From Chthoniobacterales bacterium (GTDB lineage: Bacteria; Verrucomicrobiota; Verrucomicrobiia; Chthoniobacterales; UBA6821), in contig JAPJNA010000079.1 of assembly GCA_026461395.1 (NCBI GenBank), forward strand, positions 13,129-77,128: a DNA stretch of 64,000 bases, read 5' to 3'. The notes beneath the pieces were generated by a model. It ran no database searches, was not told the DNA's origin, and saw only the letters and a list, made by a program, of their open reading frames with translations. The translations under genes were made by a program, and so were the position numbers. Positions within the stretch are counted from its first letter, which is position 1. Each line of letters begins with the position of its first letter. Shown here piece after piece: positions 10,018 through 19,919 of this stretch.

Positions 10018-11094
10018 ATGACCAAACGATTCATCACCCTTCTTTCGATCATCCTCTCCGCTGGACTTCTTCACGCGCAGGATTCTTCCTCAAAATCTTC
10101 GGCTACCCCCGACATCCAGAAGATGATCTCGGACGCCGTTGCCAAGGGCGGCGCAAGTTCCTCCACGGTCGCCTTGAAGGATCCGGTTGCTGTTGTGAAC
10201 GGAGACAAGATCAGCAGGGCTGACTTGGAGAAGGCATTCAATGAGGCTCTTGGCGCCAGCGGTCAGGCCAACGCTCCTCTAACTGCCGACCAGAAGATGC
10301 AGGGATACCGTCAGATTCTCGACGGGATGATCATGGAGAAGCTTGTCGATAAGCAGGCTGCCGCGGTCAAGGTCGACAAGGCAGATGTGGATGCCCAGCT
10401 TGCCAAGATCAAAAGCCAGTTCCCCTCCGAGGAGGTCTTCCAGGCCGAAATGAAGAAGTCGGGTCTCACCATGGATCAGTTTGTGGCCAATCTCAGCAAG
10501 TCGATCCGCCAATCCAAGTGGATGCAGTCGCAGGTCGCCGGCAAGGACAGTGTCACCGAGGCCGATGCCAAGAAGTTCTACGATGCCAACACGAAGGAGT
10601 TCACCAACCCCGACCTTGTGAAGGCCAGCCACATCCTCTTTCGTACGGCTCCCGATGCCACCGCAGCGCAGCAGAAGATCGCCGAGAACAAGGCCAAGGC
10701 CGCGATCGTGCGAGTTAACAAGGGCGAGGCGTTTGACAAGTTGGCCTCGGAGCTCTCCGAGGAGCCGGGTGCCGCGCAGCGCGGTGGAGACTTGGGTTAC
10801 TTCCCGAAGGATAAGATGGTTCCGGAGTTTGCCGATGCAGCTTTCGCCCAGAAGGTCGGCACTGTCAGCGTCACCCCTGTGAAGACAAAATTCGGCTATC
10901 ATGTAATCAAGGTCACCGACAAGAAGCCCGCCGGCACCGCCAGCTTTGATGAGGCCAAGGCTCAGATCATACAGTTCCTCCAAGCTCAGAAGCGTCGCGA
11001 TATCTTCAAGGGCGTCATGCAGGAGCTCCGCCAGGCTGCGAAGATCGAGAGCACTCTGCCTGCTCCGACCGCCGCTATGGCGCCTGCCAAATAA
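10018..11094 (+). CDS. Secreted parvulin-type peptidyl-prolyl isomerase (SurA/PrsA-like)
   Basis: Signal peptide MTKRFITLLSIILSAGLLHA. The PpiC domain shows ASHILFRT...GGDLGYFPKDKMVPEFADAAF...TKFGYHVIKV. Confidence 0.85.
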   Translation: MTKRFITLLSIILSAGLLHAQDSSSKSSATPDIQKMISDAVAKGGASSSTVALKDPVAVVNGDKISRADLEKAFNEALGASGQANAPLTADQKMQGYRQILDGMIMEKLVDKQAAAVKVDKADVDAQLAKIKSQFPSEEVFQAEMKKSGLTMDQFVANLSKSIRQSKWMQSQVAGKDSVTEADAKKFYDANTKEFTNPDLVKASHILFRTAPDATAAQQKIAENKAKAAIVRVNKGEAFDKLASELSEEPGAAQRGGDLGYFPKDKMVPEFADAAFAQKVGTVSVTPVKTKFGYHVIKVTDKKPAGTASFDEAKAQIIQFLQAQKRRDIFKGVMQELRQAAKIESTLPAPTAAMAPAK

Positions 11095-11128
11095 GGGCTG
11101 ATACTTCCCAGTGGTTTAACTGATCCCG

Positions 11129-12124
11129 ATGGAGTCGTCTCAGAAGACACCCGTCGGGGTCATCGGATTGGGGATCATTGGGAGCCGTATCGCGGGGGCT
11201 CTGAGACGAGAGGGGCATCCCGTCTCCGTCTGGAACCGTTCACCCCGTGCCGAGCCGAACTTTCTCTCTTCGGCTCGCGAGGTCGCTGAGTCAGCAGATA
11301 TTATCCAGATTTTTGTCCGGGATGGTGAAGCGCTGCTCGAAGTGATTCGTTCCATGGGGACGGCCTTGGGTGCATCCCATCTCGTCATGAACCACGCGAC
11401 GGTCGGTCCTGCTGAGACGCTTGAGGCTGCACGCTTGGTGAGTGAACGGGGAGCTTCTTTCTTGGATGCTCCGTTCACCGGCAGTCGTGATGCCGCGACC
11501 GAGGGAGAAGTGGTTTACTATATCGGGGGTGACGAGTCGGTGCTTGAACGGGCCATGCCCGTTCTCAAAGTTTCAGCCAGGGCCATCCTGCTGATGGGCC
11601 CTGTGGGCACTGCCACCTATGTGAAAATCGCCACCAACATGATCAGTGCCGCGGAGATCGGCGTGCTCTCGGAGGCCCTTGCCTTGCTGGCCCGAGGCGG
11701 CATCCCGCTTCCCCGTCTCATGGAGGCTTTGCAGCACAATGTGGCGAATTCCGGAGCCATCTCCGCCAAGTTGCCCCTGATGCTGACCGGAGACTTCTCT
11801 CCCCGTTTTTCGGTCAAGAACATGCTGAAGGATCTCCAGATAGCCCTGCGGTCAGTCGAAGGTAAGGGGATCGATCTGCCCGTCACTGCGGCGACTACGG
11901 GAGCTCTGATGGGGGCGGTGCAGGCCGGATGGGGGGAAGATGACTTTGCCTCCTTGGCCCGTCACTATGAGTATGCGGGTAGCATCAAGGATCTCCCGGA
12001 TCAAACGCCTCTTTTGACGCCCACTGCCATCAACTCAAAGAAAGCCAAGGCAACAAAAGGGGCTGACGCGAAGGCTGAGAAAAAGAAGTTTTTTGGACTC
12101 TTTGCCGGGCCAAGGAATTCCTGA
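11129..12124 (+). CDS. NAD(P)-dependent oxidoreductase of the 3-hydroxyisobutyrate/6-phosphogluconate dehydrogenase family
   Basis: N-terminal Rossmann motif VGVIGLGIIGSRIA and typical family length. It carries an extra Lys-rich C-terminal tail, KKAKATKGADAKAEKKKFFG. Confidence 0.75.
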   Translation: MESSQKTPVGVIGLGIIGSRIAGALRREGHPVSVWNRSPRAEPNFLSSAREVAESADIIQIFVRDGEALLEVIRSMGTALGASHLVMNHATVGPAETLEAARLVSERGASFLDAPFTGSRDAATEGEVVYYIGGDESVLERAMPVLKVSARAILLMGPVGTATYVKIATNMISAAEIGVLSEALALLARGGIPLPRLMEALQHNVANSGAISAKLPLMLTGDFSPRFSVKNMLKDLQIALRSVEGKGIDLPVTAATTGALMGAVQAGWGEDDFASLARHYEYAGSIKDLPDQTPLLTPTAINSKKAKATKGADAKAEKKKFFGLFAGPRNS

Positions 12125-12135
12125 AACCACCGATA

Positions 12136-13053
12136 ATGCTTCAGGAACCGGCGGAACAGCTGCGCCAAGCCAAGGTGGATGGAGGTGCATTTCTCTTGCC
12201 TCCACGACTACTCCTGCGTCTCTCCGGAGCCGATGCCTTCCGCTATCTGAACGGACAGATCACACGCGATCTTGGTCGTATGGCCGCCGGCCATGCTTTA
12301 CAGGCGTGCATCCTAACTCCGAAGGGAAAGCTCTGCGCACCCTTACTGATCTGGCGCGAGAATGATGATCTGATAGTCGAAAGTGCTCCTTCTTTGGAGG
12401 AGACCCTTATTGCCCGCTTGGAGCGCTATATCGTGGCGGACGATGTCTCGGTCGTTGTCGAGTCCGAGCACTCGAAGAGTCCCACGATCCATCTTTTCGG
12501 AAAGCTGGCCGAGTCCGAGCCTTGGCTTTCCGCTGACGGCATCCGCGTTGACCGCGTTGGAATTCCAGGTCTCGATCTGAATGAAGATTTTCCAGGCGTC
12601 GCATCGCTTGCGATGCTGGACCCCCTTGTCATCGAGGCGCTGCGAATCGAGAGGGCAATCCCTATCTGGGGATCTGAACTCAGCGAGGAGACTTTGCCCC
12701 CGGAAGCTGGCCTTGATCGCACGCATATCGACTATGACCGGGGGTGCTACCCGGGACAGGAAGTCATCTCCCGTCTCAAGAGCATCGGCAGGGTCAATCG
12801 ACTGCTGAGTCTGCTGACAGCTCCGGGAAAAACAACTCTCGCTTCAGGACATGAAATTATCACGGAGGAAGGCACAGTTGGGTCGATCACCAGTGTTGCT
12901 CCGCAGTTGACCGGAGCTGACCAGGCAGTCCTGGTCTATGCCTTGGCCTCTATAAAACGCAACGCAGCGGAGGGAAACTCGCCTCTTTTTGCCCTCGATC
13001 CCTTGACCGGAGGAAAGACTCCGCTCAGCATCCTCCAAGTCACCGGCTCATGA
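12136..13053 (+). CDS. ygfZ: Folate-binding YgfZ-family protein (aminomethyltransferase-related)
   Basis: 305 aa with the family signature around RGCYPGQEVISRLKSIGRVNR (KGCYxGQE motif). Confidence 0.75.
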   Translation: MLQEPAEQLRQAKVDGGAFLLPPRLLLRLSGADAFRYLNGQITRDLGRMAAGHALQACILTPKGKLCAPLLIWRENDDLIVESAPSLEETLIARLERYIVADDVSVVVESEHSKSPTIHLFGKLAESEPWLSADGIRVDRVGIPGLDLNEDFPGVASLAMLDPLVIEALRIERAIPIWGSELSEETLPPEAGLDRTHIDYDRGCYPGQEVISRLKSIGRVNRLLSLLTAPGKTTLASGHEIITEEGTVGSITSVAPQLTGADQAVLVYALASIKRNAAEGNSPLFALDPLTGGKTPLSILQVTGS

Positions 13054-13703
13054 ATACCCGATCCCTGCTTCCCCTGGTTCTTCTGCCAATACTTTTCCTG
13101 ACAGGTTGTGCCGCAACACCCCGTTATGTCGGATCAGGGCCTCAGGCGGCAGTTATGCTGATTAAGGTCCGCAAGGAGAAGAAGCCGCAGCGCATCGTGA
13201 TCGAGTTGAATGATTCCACAGCGCCTCAGACCGTCGCTAACTTCAAGGATCTGATCCAGCGGCATTACTACGACGGAATGAGGTTTCATCGCCTCTTTCC
13301 TCATCAGTTAGTCCAGACAGGCGATCCTAAGACCCGCTTAGGGGTCGTCGAAAGCGTCCTTCAGAAGATAGGGCTTGGCCTTCAGGATTCCGATCGTGCC
13401 GGCACAGGGGGTCCCGGTTACACCATCCCTGCTGAGATCCGCCTGAAGCTCGAGAAGGGTGCTGTTGCAACAGCTCGTCTACCCGACACGATCAACCCCA
13501 CCCGTGCCTCCAATGGCAGCCAGTTCTTTGTCTGCCTTGAGGCGATGCCTCAGCTCAATGGCCAGTACACCGTCTTTGGCAAAGTGACTCAGGGATTGGA
13601 AGTACTCGATGCTATCAGTGGAATCCCAGCCAACAGCAACGACTTCCCGACCGAGAATGTCTTGATCCAGTCCATCCGATTGGAGGAAGCAACCGCATAT
13701 TGA
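13050..13703 (+). CDS. Cyclophilin-type peptidyl-prolyl isomerase, lipoprotein
   Basis: Lipobox LFLTGC. Cyclophilin motifs FHRLFPHQLVQTGDP, SNGSQFFVCL and GQYTVFGKV are present. The ATGA start/stop overlaps the preceding gene. Confidence 0.88.
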   Translation: MNTRSLLPLVLLPILFLTGCAATPRYVGSGPQAAVMLIKVRKEKKPQRIVIELNDSTAPQTVANFKDLIQRHYYDGMRFHRLFPHQLVQTGDPKTRLGVVESVLQKIGLGLQDSDRAGTGGPGYTIPAEIRLKLEKGAVATARLPDTINPTRASNGSQFFVCLEAMPQLNGQYTVFGKVTQGLEVLDAISGIPANSNDFPTENVLIQSIRLEEATAY

Positions 13704-13825
13704 TCAACAACTCTCGCTGCAGGAGAAGTTGTCCTGGAACCCTCTCCTTACTCTCTCTTAGGACTCAGAGCATAGGCTCTGGTCATTGAGCGCCGGCGGG
13801 CAAGCGGTTATATCCCTTCAAAGAA

Positions 13826-13856
13826 AGCCCATTCTTTTTTTGGGATGGGTTTTTTG
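13826..13856 (+). terminator. Probable rho-independent terminator after the cyclophilin gene
   Basis: The sequence agcccat-tctttttttggg-atgggtt forms a stem and is followed by a T-run (gggttttttg). Confidence 0.5.
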
Positions 13857-13922
13857 CGCCAACCATCACGCCTGATTTCAAAAGAGACTTCCTTGGTGAC
13901 GTCGGGCCGCTAGACTTCCCCG

Positions 13923-15221
13923 ATGATTGAACGCTACAGCCGACCCGAGATGCGCTCCCTATGGACGGAGCAACGAAAGCTAGAAATCTGGCTCGAGATC
14001 GAGACTCTCGCCTGCGAGGGGATGGCCGAGCTCGGGATCGTTCCCAAGGAGGATGCCAAGACGATCCGCGAGAAGGGAACTTTTCGCATCGAGGAGGTAC
14101 GCGAAATCGAGAAGCGAACGAATCATGACGTGATCGCCTTTCTCGAGGAGGTTGCCGTTCATGTCGGCGAACCGGCCCGCTGGATCCACCGCGGCCTCAC
14201 CTCTTCCGATCTGCTCGACACCACTCTCGCGGTCCAGATGATTCAGTCGGCAGACATCCTGCTCAAGGATCTCGAGGAGCTTCTCGTGGCCATCGCCGCC
14301 CGGGCCAAGGAGCACAAGTTCACCCCGATGATCGGGCGCAGTCATGGCATCCATGCGGAACCGGTGACCTTCGGTCTGAAACTCGGCGTGATGTATGATG
14401 AGTTCAGCCGATCCATTGAGCGGCTGAAGGAGACCCGCGATCGCGTCGCCTACGGTATGCTGAGCGGTGCCGTCGGGACGAACGCCCACCTCGATCTCAA
14501 GGTCGAGGCCTATGTCTGTGAGCGTCTCGGGCTGAAGCCCGCCAATATCTCGACCCAGATCATCCAGCGCGACCGTCATGCCGAGTTCATGATGACGATT
14601 GCCCTGATCGGCTGCTCCATCGACTGCTGGGCCACCGAGTTCCGCCATCTCCAGCGCACCGAGGTGCTCGAAGTGGAGGAGGCCTTTGCTAAAGGCCAGA
14701 AAGGCAGCTCCGCCATGCCCCACAAGCGCAATCCGATCACCGGCGAGCGTCTCTGCGGGCTAGCCCGTGTCCTGCGTGGCAATGCTCAGACTGCCATGGA
14801 AAATGTAGCTCTCTGGCACGAGCGCGATATCAGCCACTCCAGTGCTGAACGGATCATCCTGCCAGATTCCTGCACGCTGCTTGACTACATGCTGGTCTTG
14901 CTCACTCGTCTCGTGCGCGACCTGACGGTCTACCCGGAACACATGAAGCGGAACATGGATCTGACCCTTGGACTCTGGGGAAGCCAGGCGGTCCTGCTCG
15001 AGCTAACCGACCGCGGGATGGCTCGCAAGAATGCCTATGAGGCGGTCCAACGCGCCGCCATGAGAACCTGGGCCGAGAAGATTCCCCTCCTCCAGACCCT
15101 AAGCGAGGAGAGCGAGGTCATGGAGCACATCGATCAGGCCGAACTCAGTCGGATCTGCTCGCCCGAGCGTCACTTTGCCAACGTGGAAGAGCGACTCCGA
15201 AAGGTAGGCATTGAGGTTTAA
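13923..15221 (+). CDS. purB: Adenylosuccinate lyase
   Basis: 432 aa. N-terminus is MIERYSRPEM. The fumarate-lyase signature region is GSSAMPHKRNP. Confidence 0.95.
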   Translation: MIERYSRPEMRSLWTEQRKLEIWLEIETLACEGMAELGIVPKEDAKTIREKGTFRIEEVREIEKRTNHDVIAFLEEVAVHVGEPARWIHRGLTSSDLLDTTLAVQMIQSADILLKDLEELLVAIAARAKEHKFTPMIGRSHGIHAEPVTFGLKLGVMYDEFSRSIERLKETRDRVAYGMLSGAVGTNAHLDLKVEAYVCERLGLKPANISTQIIQRDRHAEFMMTIALIGCSIDCWATEFRHLQRTEVLEVEEAFAKGQKGSSAMPHKRNPITGERLCGLARVLRGNAQTAMENVALWHERDISHSSAERIILPDSCTLLDYMLVLLTRLVRDLTVYPEHMKRNMDLTLGLWGSQAVLLELTDRGMARKNAYEAVQRAAMRTWAEKIPLLQTLSEESEVMEHIDQAELSRICSPERHFANVEERLRKVGIEV

Positions 15222-15372
15222 AAGAAATTGATTCTGTGTTCCATCCCCGACCTTGCAAGGAGACTGGGATTCATGGATGGAGGAGCGCCGCGAGGTGTTT
15301 TTTCTCTCTTGTGTCTCGACACTGGAGCGGGGGAAGGATACGACATCTAGGCTTCGATCATAACCGAGACTC

Positions 15373-16566
15373 ATGGACACCGCTCTGATCCTTCATTTTT
15401 TGACCCTGCCGTTGGTGTTCCTCATTTGGACGACTTTCCTGAAGACCTTTATCCTGTTGAACGTTGTTCTTGGCGTCGTTTCGGTCACCGTGTTTGCCGA
15501 GCGCAAGGTCAGCGCCTTCATTCAGGACCGTACAGGCCCGAACCGCGTCGGAATCCCGATGACTCTCATCGGAGGCAAAAAAGACATTCCTCTCTGGGGT
15601 TTGGGCCAGATGATTGCCGATCCGGTGAAGCTCCTGACCAAGGAGAACTTCGTGCCAGCCGGAGTGAACAAGTTCTTCTTCTGGCTCGCTCCGAAACTGG
15701 TCTTGCTCCCGCCCTTGTTGGTGCTGGCGGTGCTTCCCTTCGGCAGCTCGCTCTTCGGAGTGGAGATGACGATCGCCAATGTTAATGTCGGCGTTCTCTT
15801 TATCTTCGCCGTCACTTCCCTCAGCGTCTACGGCATCACGATTGCCGGATGGGCCTCAAATTCAAAATTTCCGTTTATCGGAGGTATCCGCTCCTCTTCC
15901 CAGATGATCTCCTACGAGCTTTCGCTCGGCCTCTCGATCATCCCGATTTTCATGGTCTGCGGCACACTCAACATCAATGAGATCGTTGACTGGCAGATTA
16001 AGAACGGTTGGCTGGTAGCTCCCTACTGGCCCCACGGTTTCTCTCTGGATCAGCTCTTGCATCCGAAGGATTTGCTCCACTCTCTTGTTGCCGGATTCAG
16101 CGGGGAACGCGTCCTGCTCTGGATTCCCATGATGGTCTCTTTCGTGATCTTCCTAGTTTCGATCTTTGCAGAGACGAACCGTCTCCCCTTCGATCTTCCC
16201 GAGGCAGAGCAGGAGCTCGTCGGTGGATACCATACCGAGTATTCCTCGATGAACTTCGCCTCGTTCTTCCTCGGCGAATACGCAGCGATGTTCGCCGGTT
16301 CCGGGGCTATCGTCTCCATCTTCCTGGGGGGTTGGAGCCTCCCGATCATCCCGGATGGCTCGCATGGCTGGGTCTGGGGTCTAGTCAACATCGGAACCTG
16401 GTTTGCGAAGGTCTCTGTGATCCTCCTTTTCATGATCTGGATCCGCTGGACGCTTCCCCGCTTCCGCTACGATCAGCTGATGAAACTCGGCTGGCTCGGT
16501 TTCTTCCCGATCGCGCTCTTCAATATTTTCCTCACTGCGATCATTCTCGCTGTCGTGCACCATTGA
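15373..16566 (+). CDS. nuoH: NADH-quinone oxidoreductase subunit H
   Basis: Polytopic membrane protein with ERKVSAFIQDRTGPNRVG, the NuoH/ND1 hallmark. Confidence 0.93.
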   Translation: MDTALILHFLTLPLVFLIWTTFLKTFILLNVVLGVVSVTVFAERKVSAFIQDRTGPNRVGIPMTLIGGKKDIPLWGLGQMIADPVKLLTKENFVPAGVNKFFFWLAPKLVLLPPLLVLAVLPFGSSLFGVEMTIANVNVGVLFIFAVTSLSVYGITIAGWASNSKFPFIGGIRSSSQMISYELSLGLSIIPIFMVCGTLNINEIVDWQIKNGWLVAPYWPHGFSLDQLLHPKDLLHSLVAGFSGERVLLWIPMMVSFVIFLVSIFAETNRLPFDLPEAEQELVGGYHTEYSSMNFASFFLGEYAAMFAGSGAIVSIFLGGWSLPIIPDGSHGWVWGLVNIGTWFAKVSVILLFMIWIRWTLPRFRYDQLMKLGWLGFFPIALFNIFLTAIILAVVHH

Positions 16567-16626
16567 TCATGGACATGATCGTTCATCACTGATCGTTTCA
16601 CTAACCTTTCCAACCAAACCGACCCC

Positions 16627-17157
16627 ATGGCTATCGTCGTCAATCGTCCCAAACTGACTTTCGCGGAGAAGTGCTACCTGCCTTCGATCTTCGCTGGACT
16701 TGCGATCACCTGGAAACATCTGAAGCGAGCCCTCTTCAACAAGGGAATCGTCACCATGCAGTATCCCGAGGAGAAATGGGATGCCAACCTGCCCGAGTGG
16801 TACCGCGGTGCCCCGACGCTTGTCGTCGATGAAAATGGCAGAGAAAAATGTGTTTCTTGCCAGCTGTGCGAGTTCATTTGCCCTCCACGTGCGATCACTA
16901 TCAAGCCGATGGAAATCCCTGAGAACGACAAATGGCGCAAGGTGGAGAAGCGTCCCGAGGAGTTCGATATCGACATGGCCCGCTGCATCTACTGCGGTCT
17001 CTGCGAGGAGGTCTGCCCCGAAGAAGCCATTTTCCTCCGCAAGGATTACTCCATCACGGGCCTCAATCGCGCCGAGATGGTTCATGACAAGAAGACGCTC
17101 TATAAGCTGGGCGGTGTCATGAAGGGCCTCACCTTCAAGTGGAACGAGCTGAAGTAA
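16627..17157 (+). CDS. nuoI: NADH-quinone oxidoreductase subunit I
   Basis: It has two 4Fe-4S motifs, CVSCQLCEFICP and CIYCGLCEEVCP. Confidence 0.93.
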   Translation: MAIVVNRPKLTFAEKCYLPSIFAGLAITWKHLKRALFNKGIVTMQYPEEKWDANLPEWYRGAPTLVVDENGREKCVSCQLCEFICPPRAITIKPMEIPENDKWRKVEKRPEEFDIDMARCIYCGLCEEVCPEEAIFLRKDYSITGLNRAEMVHDKKTLYKLGGVMKGLTFKWNELK

Positions 17158-17201
17158 TCCCTATATACATCCTTCACTTTTTCCTTAGACCTCTAGACAC
17201 C

Positions 17202-17705
17202 ATGCTCCTCGCCGCCTTCTGGTTCTTTGCCACGCTGATGCTCCTCTTCGGCTTGAGCGTCGTCCTACTGCGCAATCCTGTCTCCTGCGCCATGAGCTTG
17301 GTCATGTCCTTCATCTGCCTCGCCGCCCTCTACGTGACTCTCGATGCGACCTTCATCGGCGTCATCCAAGTTCTGGTCTATGCGGGTGCGGTGATGGTGC
17401 TCTTCCTCTTCATCATCATGCTTCTGGACCTGCGTGAAGAGAAGAGCCGTCGTCTGAACTTCGGTGCGACGCTCGGAGGCGTTCTGGTCGTGGCCGCCTT
17501 TCTCTCGATCATGACCCAAGTGATCCTGTCCAACCCCGCCTTTGCAATCCCAACGCCCACGCTTGCAGGACCGCAGATTTCGGATGTGAAGATGATCGGC
17601 ATGACCCTCTTTCATTCCTTCTGGCTCCCTTTTGAGGTCATCGGCGTCCTCCTTCTCTCCGCTACGGTCGGAGTGGTTGTCCTGAGTCGCCGAACCCTCC
17701 GCTAA
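17202..17705 (+). CDS. nuoJ: NADH-quinone oxidoreductase subunit J
   Basis: Hydrophobic protein of about 167 aa in the operon position between nuoI and nuoK. I prefer the internal start MLLAAFWFF at 17202 over the track start at 17139, which overlaps nuoI. Confidence 0.85.
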   Translation: MLLAAFWFFATLMLLFGLSVVLLRNPVSCAMSLVMSFICLAALYVTLDATFIGVIQVLVYAGAVMVLFLFIIMLLDLREEKSRRLNFGATLGGVLVVAAFLSIMTQVILSNPAFAIPTPTLAGPQISDVKMIGMTLFHSFWLPFEVIGVLLLSATVGVVVLSRRTLR

Positions 17706-17724
17706 GCATCACACACTCACCCGC

Positions 17725-18042
17725 ATGCCCACACTCGCCAATTATCTGATAGCCAGCGGGCTTCTCTTTGCCGCCGGCCTCGGTGTCGTGATGCTCCGCC
17801 GCAGCATCATCGTGATCTTCATGGGTCTTGAGTTGATGCTCAATGCCGCGAATCTTTCGCTGGTGGCCTTCTCCCGTTACGGGCTGGTGTCGGGTCACCA
17901 GAACTACAATGCTCAGATTTTGGTTTTTTTCATCATCTCCGTGGCAGCTGCCGAGGTTGCCGTCGGACTGGCGATCATCGTCTCCCTCTACCGCGCTCGC
18001 CAGACCACCCATGTCGAGGATCTCGACACGCTGAAATTCTGA
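17725..18042 (+). CDS. nuoK: NADH-quinone oxidoreductase subunit K
   Basis: 105 aa with three TM helices, including LMLNAANLSLVAFS and AAAEVAVGLAI. The size and position are typical of NuoK. Confidence 0.9.
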   Translation: MPTLANYLIASGLLFAAGLGVVMLRRSIIVIFMGLELMLNAANLSLVAFSRYGLVSGHQNYNAQILVFFIISVAAAEVAVGLAIIVSLYRARQTTHVEDLDTLKF

Positions 18043-18052
18043 CCACTTTTCT

Positions 18053-19888
18053 TTGATGAACCTCTCCACTATCGCCTGGATCACCCTTTTCGTGCCGCTA
18101 GTTGCGGCGGCGTTGATCCTTTTTGTGACCCGCGCAAGCAAGCCGCTTGCTGCCGGATTGGCCATCCTTTCTGCATTGATGACGACCATCGGCGGGTGGA
18201 TCCTTTTCGCCAAGAGTGCCGATGGGGTTTACCACGGGTTCAACTGGGTTGATTTCGGTCAGGCCTTGTCGATTCCCTTCGATCTGGCGCTCGACCCCCT
18301 GAGCCGCACCATGCTGGTCGTGGTGACCACGATTGCCCCGATCGTCTTCATTTACTCAATCGGCTACATGAAGGAGGAGGTCGGTTACTGGCGCTTCTTC
18401 GCCGGTCTGGCGCTTTTCCTCTTTTCGATGCTCGGCATCGTCCTCGCTAACAACTTGGTGATGATGTTCATCTTCTGGGAACTGGTCGGAGTCAGCTCCT
18501 ACATCCTGATTGGGCATTATTTTCATAAGGCTTCGGCCGCCGATGCCGCTAAGCAGGCCTTCCTGGTGAATAGGATCGGCGATTTTGGCTTCATGCTTGG
18601 CATTCTGCTTTTCTGGATAGCTACCGGCGGTCCAGAAGGCGGAACCTTCACCTTCGCTGCGATCAACCATCCTGCCCCGATCTTTGTCCAGAATCCCGCG
18701 CTCCTAGCCGTTGCAGTGATTCTGATCTTCTGCGGAACAGTCGGTAAATCGGCCCAGTTCCCGCTGCATGTCTGGCTTCCGAATTCGATGGAGGGTCCGA
18801 CCCCCGTTTCTTCACTTCTTCACGCCGCTACCATGGTCGCGGCGGGTGTCTATTTGCTTGCCCGTATTTTCCCGATCCTCTCTTCCTCGCCCGAGGCTTC
18901 CGAGATCGTTGCCTGGACTGGAGCGATCACAGCACTAGGCGCCGGTATCCTTGCCACCCAGCAGGATGACATCAAGGGCATCCTCGCCTACTCCACAATC
19001 TCTCAGCTTGGCTACATGGTGACCGGTGCGGGACTTGCTGTCTCTGCGGCGCTCCCGATGTTCCACCTCTTCACGCACGCTTTCTTTAAGTGTCTTCTTT
19101 TCCTCACCGCTGGATCCGTGATCCTCGGCATGCACCACGAGCAGAATATCTGGAAGATGGGCGGGTTGAAGGGCAAGATGCCGATCACCTTCCTGACCTA
19201 CTGTTGCGGCATGCTGGCTCTATCCGGTTGCCCTTTCTTCAGCGGCCACTACAGCAAGGACCTCATCATGGCTTGCTCCTGGGAGCATCACCGCGCGATC
19301 TTCTGGGTGGTCGTCATCGCCGCCGGCTTGACCCCTTTCTACATGATGCGCCAAGCGATGGTCGTCTTCTTCGGGAAGCCTCGTTCGGAACACTCGGAGC
19401 ACGCCCATGAGTCACCTCTCGTGATGACCATACCGCTGATCCTGCTGGCTATTCCGGCGGTCGTTGCCGGATATCCTTTCTTTGAGCATCTTTTCTTCCA
19501 CGAGATTGGCTCTCTGGCTGAACCGGAAGTGCCCTCTTTTGTTCCTAATATTTTCCTCGGTGTTTTTCTGGCCGGCCTTGCGCTTGCATTTGTCCTCTAC
19601 CGCAACGTGGAGAAGGATCCGATACGGATTCCGTTCCTGGAGAATCGCTTCTACATCGATGATCTTTATTTCTGTATCGTCCGCGTCATTCAGGGTGGCT
19701 TTGCCAGAATCTGCTCCTTCACCGACCGATGGTTCATTGACGGAATTCTGGTCCGGGGAAGCGCGACGCTTGTCTGGACAATTGGATTTGCCCTCCGCTT
19801 CCTGCAGTTGGGTAATATTCAGGCCTATGCCCTCTTTTTCGGCATCGGCGTGGTCGGCTTGATCTACCTGCTCCTGCACGTCCGATAG
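18053..19888 (+). CDS. nuoL: NADH-quinone oxidoreductase subunit L
   Basis: 611-aa antiporter-like subunit containing WELVGVSSYILIGHY. The start is TTG 18053 or ATG 18056. Confidence 0.92.
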   Translation: MMNLSTIAWITLFVPLVAAALILFVTRASKPLAAGLAILSALMTTIGGWILFAKSADGVYHGFNWVDFGQALSIPFDLALDPLSRTMLVVVTTIAPIVFIYSIGYMKEEVGYWRFFAGLALFLFSMLGIVLANNLVMMFIFWELVGVSSYILIGHYFHKASAADAAKQAFLVNRIGDFGFMLGILLFWIATGGPEGGTFTFAAINHPAPIFVQNPALLAVAVILIFCGTVGKSAQFPLHVWLPNSMEGPTPVSSLLHAATMVAAGVYLLARIFPILSSSPEASEIVAWTGAITALGAGILATQQDDIKGILAYSTISQLGYMVTGAGLAVSAALPMFHLFTHAFFKCLLFLTAGSVILGMHHEQNIWKMGGLKGKMPITFLTYCCGMLALSGCPFFSGHYSKDLIMACSWEHHRAIFWVVVIAAGLTPFYMMRQAMVVFFGKPRSEHSEHAHESPLVMTIPLILLAIPAVVAGYPFFEHLFFHEIGSLAEPEVPSFVPNIFLGVFLAGLALAFVLYRNVEKDPIRIPFLENRFYIDDLYFCIVRVIQGGFARICSFTDRWFIDGILVRGSATLVWTIGFALRFLQLGNIQAYALFFGIGVVGLIYLLLHVR

Positions 19889-19919
19889 AACTCTCTAGCG
19901 ATCACCACTACTTCCTGAC

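Noticed and set aside
13704-13922. ZTP/THF-type riboswitch upstream of purB and thyA
   Set aside because: I could not find the conserved ZTP (GGGUCGUGACUGGCG ... CCGCCUGGGC) or THF cores. The thyA leader is only about 75 nt long and is occupied by the TTCATCC repeat.
16008-16592. 194-aa + strand ORF inside nuoH. It is similar to 15426..15785, 19090..19410, 20621..20890 and 21737..22048 inside other nuo genes.
   Set aside because: These are out-of-frame ORFs within well-supported membrane-subunit genes. They are Arg/Pro-rich and have no independent signals.
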